Of a stretch of 53,001 nucleotides of DNA, positions 7,805-17,900 are shown piece after piece (within the stretch, counting starts at the first letter, position 1; each line of letters starts with the position of its first letter). The notes beneath the pieces are model-generated. The model was not told where the DNA came from. It worked only from the letters and a program-made list of their open reading frames with translations, and did not search any database. A program made the translations under genes and the position numbers. Source of the DNA: Parcubacteria group bacterium M6-OD1-3 (GTDB lineage: Bacteria > Patescibacteriota > Minisyncoccia > Moranbacterales > UBA9337); NCBI GenBank assembly GCA_003056165.1, contig LSNR01000009.1, forward strand, positions 1 through 53,001. Direction: 5' to 3'.

Positions 7805-9619
7805 TTAGCTTTCAACAACTTTTCCGCCCATTAAATTTAGAGCATCGCTTAATAATGAGTTTTGACTTGATTCTTTTTCGGTGGAAGCATTATCGGATGT
7901 TTCTTGTGAAGCGGTTTCTTCTGGTAAAATGGTTTTCAATTTTAAACCCACTTCCTCTGCTGTTACTGCTTTAATATTAAAACCTAACCCTGTGATTTTA
8001 TTAGAAATATCTTTAATTGTCAACCTATTTTCCGGTTTATTTATAAGCTCTTTGTGAAAAGCACGAAGAACAGCTATATCTACAGTTTGGGGAGATTTAC
8101 TTTGAATTGGTTTGGAATTTGTGAGCATCATTGAAAGAGAAAAATTTTCTTGTCCTATTTCTGTAATAATTTCTTTCCATTTTTCTTCAACTTTATAAAC
8201 ATTAATTGCCGGTTTAGTTTCTTTCTTCTCGTTTTTTTTGAGTATTTTTGCATCAGTAGCTAGAGATTTTTTTGGTACAGTATTTAGCTTTTTATTTTTG
8301 CGAGATGCTTCTTTTTCTGTTTTAATATTTTTTTTCGCAGGTTTAATTTCTTTGTTTTCTGAAACAGAATGACTATTTTTAGTTGGAACGGTTTCTTTTT
8401 TCGACAATTTTTTTTCGACATTTTTTTTATTGGGATTTTCAGACTGATTATTGGTAATATTATTGGTGTTGTTGGAAATACTATCAACACTATTTTTTTT
8501 ATCCATTAGAGTTGAAGTTAGTTTTACAATGACCGTTTCTAGTGGGAGTTGGGGGATAAAAGATGTTTTAATTTCCGGAATAGTTTTTAAAACTTCATCA
8601 ATACATAAAATAATAAAGTTGATGGAAACCAGTTGAGAAAATTTATTCAGGGTTTCTTGTTGTTCAACAGTTAACTCTGGGAACATTTTATTTTTAGTTT
8701 CGGAGCTTATGTTGGTAATCATAATTTTTCGCAAATATTCTAACCAATTTTTTACAAAAAATTCTAAATTAAAACCATCTTTATAAATTTTATTAATAAA
8801 CAGAAGTGCTTCACTCGGATTATTGTTAAAAATCAATTCAGTTAATTTTTCTACAAATTGATTTTCTGTGATACCAAATAGTGCTTTAACTTTTTTAGAG
8901 TTTATATTTTTACCTTCTAAAGAAATTACTTGTTCAAGTAATGATTCCGCATCTCGCATGCCTCCTTCGGCTATAGTAGCGATAATTTTCAGTGTGTCAT
9001 TATCTATTTTTATTTTTTCAGCAGAGACTATTTTTGATAATTTATTGACTATTTCATTTATACTAAATTTATTAAAATCAAATTTCTGACAACGAGAAAT
9101 TATTGTCTCTGGAACCTTGTGGATTTCTGTAGTGGCTAAGATAAAAATAATATGTTCCGGTGGTTCTTCTAAAATTTTAAGAAGAGCGTTGAAAGCTCCT
9201 TGTGAAAGCATATGAACTTCGTCGATAATATAGACTTTGAACTTTCCTTGAAGAGGAGGAAGTTGAGCGGTCTCTTTCAAATCTCTAATATTGTCCACAC
9301 CCGTATTGGAAGCGGCGTCAATTTCGATAATGTCAGTAAATTTATTTTTTTGAAATGATTGGCAATTTTTGCATTTTAAGCAGGGTTCAAAAAAATCTGT
9401 TTTTTTAGACGCTGACTTGTCAGCGGAAATGCAATTAACAGTTTTGGCAAATATTCTTGCCAAGGTTGTTTTGCCAGTTCCTCGCGGTCCAGTAAGGAGG
9501 TAAGCATGCCCGATGCGATTATTGGAGATAGAATTGGAAAGAGTTTTCACAATATGTTGTTGACCGACAATTTCGGAAAATTTTAGCGGACGATATTTGC
9601 GATATAAGGTTGAAGACAT
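7805..9619 (-). CDS. dnaX: DNA polymerase III subunit gamma/tau
   Basis: LYRKYRP, GPRGTGKT, EIDAASNTGVDNIR, IIDEVHML, SRC, GGMRDA. Confidence 0.97.
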   Translation of the reverse strand: MSSTLYRKYRPLKFSEIVGQQHIVKTLSNSISNNRIGHAYLLTGPRGTGKTTLARIFAKTVNCISADKSASKKTDFFEPCLKCKNCQSFQKNKFTDIIEIDAASNTGVDNIRDLKETAQLPPLQGKFKVYIIDEVHMLSQGAFNALLKILEEPPEHIIFILATTEIHKVPETIISRCQKFDFNKFSINEIVNKLSKIVSAEKIKIDNDTLKIIATIAEGGMRDAESLLEQVISLEGKNINSKKVKALFGITENQFVEKLTELIFNNNPSEALLFINKIYKDGFNLEFFVKNWLEYLRKIMITNISSETKNKMFPELTVEQQETLNKFSQLVSINFIILCIDEVLKTIPEIKTSFIPQLPLETVIVKLTSTLMDKKNSVDSISNNTNNITNNQSENPNKKNVEKKLSKKETVPTKNSHSVSENKEIKPAKKNIKTEKEASRKNKKLNTVPKKSLATDAKILKKNEKKETKPAINVYKVEEKWKEIITEIGQENFSLSMMLTNSKPIQSKSPQTVDIAVLRAFHKELINKPENRLTIKDISNKITGLGFNIKAVTAEEVGLKLKTILPEETASQETSDNASTEKESSQNSLLSDALNLMGGKVVES

Positions 9620-9810
9620 AATCAAATCAAAATTATTTTTTAGAATAAATTTATATAACAGTATTCTAACACATTTGATTAAAATATTAAAATTGATAAT
9701 AGATGATGATTCTTATTAGCGGATTATAGCAACTTTTTCATTGACTTTTACAATAGACGGTATATAATAATTATTTGTAGAGGGTAATAATTTTATAACT
9801 TTATTTTAAA

Positions 9811-11232
9811 ATGAATTTAAAAAAATTAAAGAAAACAAAGATTGTAGCGACCATTGGTCCTGCTACAGAAAGTAAAGCTCAACTGTTAAAGTTAATAAAA
9901 GCTGGTATGAATGTAGCTCGACTTAACTTTTCGCATGGTGATTTTGAGGAGCATGGAGCAAGAGTTGATAAAATTAGAGAAATTGAAAAAGAATATGGAT
10001 CCCAAACTGCAATTCTACAAGATCTTGGAGGAGTTAAGATAAGGATAGGTGATTTTGTAGATGGGCAAATTACTTTGAAACGAGGTCAAGAATTCATATT
10101 AACTACTAAAAAAATAAATGGAGATGAAAATAAGGTTTATATAAATTATAAAAAACTTCCTCAAGAAATTGAAGTAGGACAAGTTATTTTAATTGATGAT
10201 GGAACAAAGGAATTAAAGGCAATTAGAATAAGCGGGGATGAAATTGTAACGAAGGTTATAAATGGCGGAATGATTCGTTCTCGACGAGGAGTAAACATTC
10301 CCAACGCTCGCTTGAGTGTTAGTGCTTTAACAGCAAAAGATAAAAGCGATTTGAAATTTGGCATAGAAAGAGATGTTGATTTCGTGGCTATTTCTTTTGT
10401 TCGAAAAGCTGATGATATTATACAGTTAAAGAAAATATTAAATAAGAGTGAATCAAAGGCTCAAGTTGTTGCTAAAATTGAAACTCCAGAGGCTATTGAA
10501 AATATTGACGAAATAATTTCTGCTACTGATGTAATAATGATTGCCCGAGGTGATTTGGCGGTGGAAGTTCCAGCACAAGAAGTTCCTCATTTGCAGAAAA
10601 TGATGATTAAAAAGTGTCAAATAAAAGGTAAGCCGGTAATTGTAGCTACTCAGATGATGGAATCGATGATAAAAAATCCAGTACCAACAAGAGCTGAAGT
10701 GGCTGATGTAGCCAATGCCATTTTAGATGGAACAGATGCTGTTATGTTAAGTGCGGAAACAACAGTGGGTGATTTCCCTATTGAAGCTGTAGAAATGATG
10801 TCAAATATTGCTTTGAGAACGGAAGAAGAAATTAAATACAAAATTGTAAATGATAATGAAAAATATACAAAGGCAACAGTTAATGCTGTTTCAAGAAGTG
10901 TGATACAGACTGCCCTTGATGTAGAAGCTAAGTATATCGTAGCTTTGACAGAGTCTGGGTTTACTGCTCGAAAGATTTCTAGATATCGTCCGGCACAAAT
11001 GATTATCACTTTAACACCAGACAAAAAAGTTTTGAAACAGTTAAACTTGTCATATGGTTGTTATCCGGAAAGTATTGATGGTTTTAAAACCGTTACGGAA
11101 ACTGTAGCCGAAACTAAGAAGATTTTAGCTAAAGAAAAATTAGTTAAAAAAGGGGATAAGATTGTAATCGTAGCAGGTATTCCTTTTGGGAAAGCAGGAA
11201 CAACTAATTTAATGGTAGTAGAAGAAATTTAA
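9811..11232 (+). CDS. pyk: Pyruvate kinase
   Basis: TKIVATIGPA, RLNFSHG, AKIE, IARGDL, ATQMMESM, PTRAEVADVANA. Confidence 0.98.
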   Translation: MNLKKLKKTKIVATIGPATESKAQLLKLIKAGMNVARLNFSHGDFEEHGARVDKIREIEKEYGSQTAILQDLGGVKIRIGDFVDGQITLKRGQEFILTTKKINGDENKVYINYKKLPQEIEVGQVILIDDGTKELKAIRISGDEIVTKVINGGMIRSRRGVNIPNARLSVSALTAKDKSDLKFGIERDVDFVAISFVRKADDIIQLKKILNKSESKAQVVAKIETPEAIENIDEIISATDVIMIARGDLAVEVPAQEVPHLQKMMIKKCQIKGKPVIVATQMMESMIKNPVPTRAEVADVANAILDGTDAVMLSAETTVGDFPIEAVEMMSNIALRTEEEIKYKIVNDNEKYTKATVNAVSRSVIQTALDVEAKYIVALTESGFTARKISRYRPAQMIITLTPDKKVLKQLNLSYGCYPESIDGFKTVTETVAETKKILAKEKLVKKGDKIVIVAGIPFGKAGTTNLMVVEEI

Positions 11233-11278
11233 TTTTAATAGTCTTAACTATCGAAGAGACATTCGAAAAAGATAAAAC

Positions 11279-11327
11279 AAAAACTACAGAGTTTCCTCCA
11301 ATGGCGGATAAAAACTCTGTAGTTTTT
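11279..11327. repeat. Hairpin AAAACTACAGAG...CTCTGTAGTTTT, copy 1 (between convergent pyk and gtrA)
   Basis: 16-bp perfect arms; related copy at 25161-25206. Confidence 0.8.
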
Positions 11328-11349
11328 AAATTGAAGAATTTTTTTAAAA

Positions 11350-11799
11350 TTATTTTTTGAAAACCCAAAGTTTGTAGCCGATAAAGTTCCAAAATAATCC
11401 AATGGCTGTTCCTGTTAAAGCTCCTAGGTTTACCCACATTTGATCGGTAAGGATGGATAGATGTAAAATATCATTGATAGGCACTTTCAGATAAGTAATT
11501 GTTAATGTTGCTACTGAAACATTAATTAACATTCCAATAATGCTGACAAATAAAAATTGAGAAAACTTTTTCCCTTCATCTTCGTTTGATTTATCTTGAA
11601 ATGCCCAATATTTATTGAAAAAATAACTGAAAGTTACCGCTACTAAAAAAGATAGTCCCTTTTGAATGGCGTATCCAGAGCCCTCTTTGATTCCGGTCAT
11701 TAATGTTTCTGCATTGAGAATAACCAAATCTACACCCGTATTCATTACTCCGATTAACGCAAATTTTATAAATTGTTTTATTGTTTTTTTTATTTCCAT
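11350..11799 (-). CDS. GtrA family membrane protein
   Basis: QFIKFALIGVMNTGVD, SYFFNKYWAF, WNFIGYKLWVF. Confidence 0.92.
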   Translation of the reverse strand: MEIKKTIKQFIKFALIGVMNTGVDLVILNAETLMTGIKEGSGYAIQKGLSFLVAVTFSYFFNKYWAFQDKSNEDEGKKFSQFLFVSIIGMLINVSVATLTITYLKVPINDILHLSILTDQMWVNLGALTGTAIGLFWNFIGYKLWVFKK

Positions 11800-11819
11800 T
11801 TTTTAAATATAGGTTAATG

Positions 11820-12572
11820 TTAATTAGTTGTTTTAACTTTTTCTTCTTGAATTTCTTTTTTAATTTCTTCTATATCTGACATCCAATCGTCCAATGAAGG
11901 TGTGTTCTCAACTTTCTCTTGTTTTTCTGCTTCACTATGTTCTTTTGAATATTTTTTATCATCTGTATGTTCATTTTTAATTTTTTTTAAATCAATAGCA
12001 TTCTCTTTATCGACAAGTCCGGTGCTAGGGCCTGCATCACTATCAATTTTTTGTAAAACATTTTCAACTGCCGCCCAAACACTTTGTTCACCTGCAGGAA
12101 TACTAATGACAACTTCATCTCCCGGTTCGATTTTGAAATAGGTAATGGAAGCTAAAAGTATTTTATAAGGATTTCCCTCAGCAATAACAAAATAATTTCC
12201 CGATTCATCTTGTCCGGCGATGCCGATTAAATTTTTTCTTTCAATCGGTCCAACTTGTTTATATAAAAAATGTCCATTATCAATAATGAGCTTTAGCATA
12301 TCGCCTTCCACTAGTTTTGATTTCGAAGCATAATTTGCCGGAACAGGGTATTGTTTGCCGTCATTTCCAATCATTATTTGTCCATCGAAAGTTCCGTAAA
12401 TCGCTCCCTCATCATCGTCATCTGACTTCCTTTTTCTGCCAACTCGCTTTTTCCCTTCCAATTGCAAAAGCATTGCCTTGGCGCTTTGAATGGTTTTTTC
12501 TGCCGATGTAATAGTTTGTCTTAAAGATTCTATTGAAATTTTATTTTTTTCGTCGCCTGTTTTGTGAGTCAT
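11820..12572 (-). CDS. Conserved hypothetical protein (CPR-type)
   Basis: GTFDGQIMIGNDGKQYPVPANYASKSKLVEGD...YKQVGP resembles a recurrent Patescibacteria family; function unknown. Confidence 0.7.
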   Translation of the reverse strand: MTHKTGDEKNKISIESLRQTITSAEKTIQSAKAMLLQLEGKKRVGRKRKSDDDDEGAIYGTFDGQIMIGNDGKQYPVPANYASKSKLVEGDMLKLIIDNGHFLYKQVGPIERKNLIGIAGQDESGNYFVIAEGNPYKILLASITYFKIEPGDEVVISIPAGEQSVWAAVENVLQKIDSDAGPSTGLVDKENAIDLKKIKNEHTDDKKYSKEHSEAEKQEKVENTPSLDDWMSDIEEIKKEIQEEKVKTTN

Positions 12573-12677
12573 TTTATTTTTATTATATTTTTATATTTTT
12601 GTTAGATAGGTTTTCCGAAGAAAACTACTCAGTGAAATTATATAACATTATTAAAACATTGACAAGTTTTTATTTAT

Positions 12678-13697
12678 ATGCTATCCTTTACAGTTAAATA
12701 TAAAAAAGTGATTTATAAAAGGTATATGAATAATAGAAATTATATAGTGAAAAAAATTAACACATACTTTTTTTTGATGACACTGGCCCTGTCAATCAGT
12801 GTTTATTTATGGGCATTGGATAGTAGCGCTACATATACATCGAAAATAGATATAATGTTATCTCCAAAAAACATTAAAACCTCGGTTTACTTAGATAAAG
12901 CAAAAGAAAATCTAGTTTCTATTTTTAGGGAAAATATCAATATTAACGATAGTGTAACTGCAATTACAAATAAAAATAACAGTCTAATTAGACTTGAAGT
13001 TAACAATGAAAATAAGCAATTGGCATTGGATTTATCGCAAGAAAATTTGGAAAAATTTATAGGGTTTACTAGTAAATATTATGATATCAGAAACGATTTA
13101 GAAGTGGAAATCGTAAACCGTTCTATCGTAAAAAATAGGAGAAGTTTTCTCTATCTTGTTACAATCAGTGTTATAAGTGGATTGGTTCTATCATTTATGA
13201 TACAAATTTTTTTAGATGTCGCAGATAAGCTTATAGCAAAACCTAAGAAAAGGACAAGAAAAAAAGAACAAAACACAATTGGCAAGGTTCAAGTAAATTT
13301 GAAAAATATATTAAGTTTTAATAAGGAAAAAATAAGGCGATTATCGGAAGACAATTTGGATGAAGAAAAACTTCCAGAAGAAATTCAAGAAAAAGAAATA
13401 GTTGTTAATAATAAAGAAGCTAATAAAGGTACTGGTGAAGAAAATGAGAGTACAGATGAGAAAATGAACACTTTACTGAAGAATAGAGTGGTAACATTCA
13501 AAAGGTCTTCTTCTCCGGCAAATTTACCGACCGCTCTTTCTTCCGAGAATGATAATATTGAAAAAAATAATTCCAGCGGTTTTAAGATTGAAAAAACCGA
13601 AATAAAAAATGGTGAAGAAAGCGACATAAATTTATCGCAAGAACCGACAGAGGAAGATTTCAAAAAAAGATTAAATCAACTACTGGGCAATAAATAG
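12678..13697 (+). CDS. Hypothetical protein with two TM segments (Wzz/CapA-like topology) and charged tail; true start probably 12726
   Basis: Two hydrophobic stretches flanking a soluble domain; long open frame. Confidence 0.55.
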   Translation: MLSFTVKYKKVIYKRYMNNRNYIVKKINTYFFLMTLALSISVYLWALDSSATYTSKIDIMLSPKNIKTSVYLDKAKENLVSIFRENININDSVTAITNKNNSLIRLEVNNENKQLALDLSQENLEKFIGFTSKYYDIRNDLEVEIVNRSIVKNRRSFLYLVTISVISGLVLSFMIQIFLDVADKLIAKPKKRTRKKEQNTIGKVQVNLKNILSFNKEKIRRLSEDNLDEEKLPEEIQEKEIVVNNKEANKGTGEENESTDEKMNTLLKNRVVTFKRSSSPANLPTALSSENDNIEKNNSSGFKIEKTEIKNGEESDINLSQEPTEEDFKKRLNQLLGNK

Positions 13698-13712
13698 TTT
13701 TGAAAATATTTT

Positions 13713-13738
13713 AAAACACCGAGATGTCGGTGTTTTTT
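13713..13738. terminator. Bidirectional terminator
   Basis: AAAACACCGA-gatg-TCGGTGTTTT between convergent genes. Confidence 0.8.
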
Positions 13739-14813
13739 ATTTGCTTAATAATGCTTGTTTAATATTTTCTTCTTTTAGACTATCGATAATATTGTTCAAG
13801 TTTCCAGCTAAGATATTTTCCAAACCACTCCAAGATTTTTTTATTCTATGATCGGTGATACGGTCTTGAGGAAAATTATAAGTTCTGATTTTTTCACTTC
13901 GATCGCCGGTACCGATTTGACTTAGTCTGGCATCACCCAATTCTTTCATTTTTTTCTCTTCTTCCACTTGTGCTAAACGAGAACGCAAAACTTTCATAGC
14001 TTTGTCTTTGTTCTTGTGTTGAGATTTTTCATCTTGACAAGAAGCAACAACACCAGTGGGAATATGCGTAATACGAACAGCACTCATTGTAGTATTAACA
14101 CTTTGTCCGCCGGGACCGGAAGAGGCAAAAGTATCAACGCGCAAATCTTTAGGATTTATTTTAATATCAATTTCTTCTGCCTCGGGAAGAACTGCGACGG
14201 TGGCAGTGGAAGTGTGAATGCGTCCGGATTTTTCAGTTTCTGGAATTCTTTGAACACGATGAACGCCAGATTCATATTTCATTTGTCCAAAAACTGACTT
14301 CTCGCCAGAAGATTGAGAAATTTCAAAAATAACTTCCTTATAACCGCCGATGCCGGTGGCGTGAGAATTCAAAAGAGATAATCCCCAACCGTTATTTTCA
14401 GCATATTTTGAATACATTCTAAACAGGTCGCCAGCAAAAAGTGCTGACTCATCACCTCCGGCTCCGGCACGAATTTCCACTATAATATCTTTTGTGTCAT
14501 TGGGGTCTTTTGGCGTAAATTCTATCTCCAATTTTTTATCTAGAATTTCTTTTTCTTTAGAAAGTTCAATATTTTCTTCCATTGCCAGTTCCTTTAAATC
14601 CGAGTCACTATTAGAATTTATAATCTCGGCATTTTCTATCATTTCACTCTCAGTGCGTTCTAATTTGGTTATTGTTTCCATAATCTCTTCTAGTTCGGAC
14701 TGTCTTTTGCCCAAAGTTGCCAATTTTGAAGAATTGGAAAGAATTTCAGGAGAATTTAGATCTCCTTGAATTTGTTGGTATTCTTTTTTAATTTTTTCAA
14801 TTTGAGTTTTCAT
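13737..14813 (-). CDS. prfA: Peptide chain release factor 1
   Basis: [24 protein letters not shown] (PxT), [17 protein letters not shown]. Confidence 0.97.
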   Translation of the reverse strand: MKTQIEKIKKEYQQIQGDLNSPEILSNSSKLATLGKRQSELEEIMETITKLERTESEMIENAEIINSNSDSDLKELAMEENIELSKEKEILDKKLEIEFTPKDPNDTKDIIVEIRAGAGGDESALFAGDLFRMYSKYAENNGWGLSLLNSHATGIGGYKEVIFEISQSSGEKSVFGQMKYESGVHRVQRIPETEKSGRIHTSTATVAVLPEAEEIDIKINPKDLRVDTFASSGPGGQSVNTTMSAVRITHIPTGVVASCQDEKSQHKNKDKAMKVLRSRLAQVEEEKKMKELGDARLSQIGTGDRSEKIRTYNFPQDRITDHRIKKSWSGLENILAGNLNNIIDSLKEENIKQALLSK

Positions 14814-14977
14814 AATATCAATAGTTTATCCTTATTAAACAGTTAAGTCAATTTTTTCAGAGGTTAAAAACTTAATATTTATTTTTTAAAGTTGGAACAA
14901 TTTGAAATTAAATTTATTTGAAAAAAAGAAAGAAATAGAGTACTATCAGTATATTAAGCTATGTAAAAAATTTAGAT

Positions 14978-17900
14978 ATGAAAAAATATAATCACGAAAA
15001 AATAGAAAAAAAGTGGCAGAAAGAATGGAAGAAGAATAAACTTTATCAAACAAAGAATGAGACAGATAAACCGAAATATTATATTTTAGATATGTTTCCT
15101 TATCCGTCAGGAGCAGGGCTTCATGTTGGGCATCCTAAAGGATATATTGCTACAGATATTCTGGCGCGACAAAAAATGTTGCAAGGCTATAATGTCTTGC
15201 ATCCAATGGGGTGGGATGCTTTTGGTTTGCCGGCGGAGAATTTTGCAATTAAAAATAAAGTTCATCCGCGAGAAATGAATGAAAAAAATATTGCTACTTT
15301 CAAGAGTCAGCTTGAAAAAATAGGTTTTACTTATGATTGGGATAGAGAAATAAACACAACTGATCCAGAATACTACAAATGGACACAGTGGACATTTTTG
15401 CAAATGTTTAAAAAAGGTTTAGCATACGAATCTTATGAGCCAATAAATTGGTGTCCAAAATGTCAAACAGGACTTGCTAATGAGGATCTAGAAAATGGAA
15501 AATGCGAAAGATGTGATAGTGAAATAGAACAAAAACCAATGCGACAATGGGTTTTAAAAATTACAGATTATGCTGAACGAATGCTCAAAGATTTAGATAA
15601 ATTACAAAATTGGCCAGAATCAATAAAAGAAATGCAAAAAAATTGGATAGGCAAATCAGAGGGAGCGAAAATTAAATTTCCAATTAAAGAAGAGAAATTA
15701 CGAACAGAGGTCGTTCCTCGAGGAGGAGTGAAGCGAAGCAAAACGACGGAAGAGGTGCGACCTCGGGAAGTAATTTCTGAAATAGAAGTATTTACAACTC
15801 GTCCTGATACTTTATTCGGAGCGACTTATTTGGTATTGGCACCGGAGCACGAGCTGGTTGAGAAGATTTTAAGTGAAGCACGGGAAGAGGTCGTTCCTCG
15901 AGGAGGAGGAATTGGTAGCGAAGCGGACAATTCCGACGGAAGAGGTGCGACCTCTGGAAGTGTGGAACGAATTAACATTTCTAACTACAAAGAGGTAAAA
16001 AAATATGTTGAACAAACAAAAAACAAAACAGAAATGGAGCGAATGGAAAACAAAGAAAAAACAGGTGTAGAATTAAAAGGTGTTAAGGCGATAAATCCAG
16101 CAAATCAAGAGGAAATACCAGTTTATATTGCTGATTATGTCTTAGCTGATTATGGAACTGGAGCAATTATGGCAGTACCAGCTCACGATGAACGAGATTT
16201 TGAATTTGCTCAGAAAATGGGAATTAAAATTAAGCAAGTAATTGCGCCGGATGATTATAACCAAGAAACGAATGACAGAAAGCAATTAAATGTGATTTTG
16301 ATGCATGGATGGGGTGGACATGGAAAAATGGGATGGTTTAAAGAGGTGAAAAAGTTTCTGACAAATAAAAATATTGATGTCATCGCTCCGGATTTTCCAA
16401 ATACGGATAGTCCAAAATATCAAGAATGGAGAGATTTTTTTAAGAAAAATATACAACCAAAAATTAACGATCAAACTGTTTTTATTGGACATTCTTTGGC
16501 TCCAAGTTTTTTAATGCATTACATAACGGAAGAAAATTTGCAGCTTCAGCAAGCTATTTTTGTAGCTCCGGTGTTACATAATAGAATCTCAGAATTGAAT
16601 AATTTTTTTGAAAAAGATTTTAATTGGAGTAAAATTAAAAAATTAATTAAAAAAGTTATTGTATTAGGCTCTGACGATGATCTGTATATTACTTTAAATG
16701 ATTTTCAAGAATTGTCAGAAAAATTGTCTGCGAAATTTATTTTACATAAAAATAGAGGACATTTTTCACAGAATGAGAATAGTAATCCCGAGATTATTAA
16801 ATTGTTGGAAGAAATTTTAGACAGTCAAAATTCAAACATTCAATCAAAATTCAAAATTCAAAATTCAAAATTATATACAGGTGTCGGCATTCTCATCAAC
16901 TCCGAACAGTTTGACGGTATGAACAGCGAAGAAGCAAAGAAAGCGATTACGAAATTTGTGGGCGGGGAGATGACAGTAAACTACAAATTAAAAGATTGGG
17001 TTTTCTCTCGACAGCGATATTGGGGTGAACCAATCCCAATTATTCATTGTGATAAATGTGGAGTGGTGCCAGTACCAGAAGAAGAATTACCAGTGAAACT
17101 TCCTGATGTAGAAAATTATGAGCCAACTGGAACAGGCGAATCGCCATTGGCTAATATTGATGAATGGGTAAATACAAAATGTCCAAAATGTGGTGGCGAG
17201 GCGAAAAGAGAAACTAATACAATGCCACAATGGGCTGGGTCTAGTTGGTATTATTTAAGATATATTGATCCAAAAAATAATAAAGCATTAGTGGATAAAA
17301 AGAAAGAAAAATATTGGTCACCAGTAGATTTTTATATTGGTGGAGCGGAACATGCAACGCGTCATTTAATCTACGCTCGTTTTTGGCATAAGTTTTTATT
17401 TGATATCGGAGTAGTTAATTATGAGGAGCCGTTTACGCGTTTACAAAATGTTGGATTAATTATGGCTGAAGACGGGCGAAAAATGTCTAAGCGTTGGGGA
17501 AATGTGATTAACCCAGATGATATTGTTGATGAATTTGGTGCTGATGCTATGCGAGTTTATGAGATGTTTATGGGACCATTTGCACAAAGTGTGGCATGGA
17601 ACACAAAAGGGTTGATTGGTGCTAGGAGATTTCTAGAAAAAGTTTGGCGATTGTTTCAAGAAAAAGAATTAGTTGAATGTGGCGGAGGACGATGCGGTGA
17701 TGTTCCAAAAGAAATTCCTCCGTTATTTCATAAGACTATTAAAAAAGTAACAGAAGATATTGAAAGTATGAATTTTAATACAGCCATTTCACAAATGATG
17801 ATTTTTGTAAATGAGTGTATGAAACATGATATATTGCCAAAATCAGCGATGGAAAGATTTTTGATTTTATTAGCTCCTTTTGCTCCACATATTACTGAGG

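Noticed and set aside
7573-7974. 133-aa plus-strand ORF
   Set aside because: Antisense to the tRNA-Gln copies and the dnaX 3' end; no recognizable motifs
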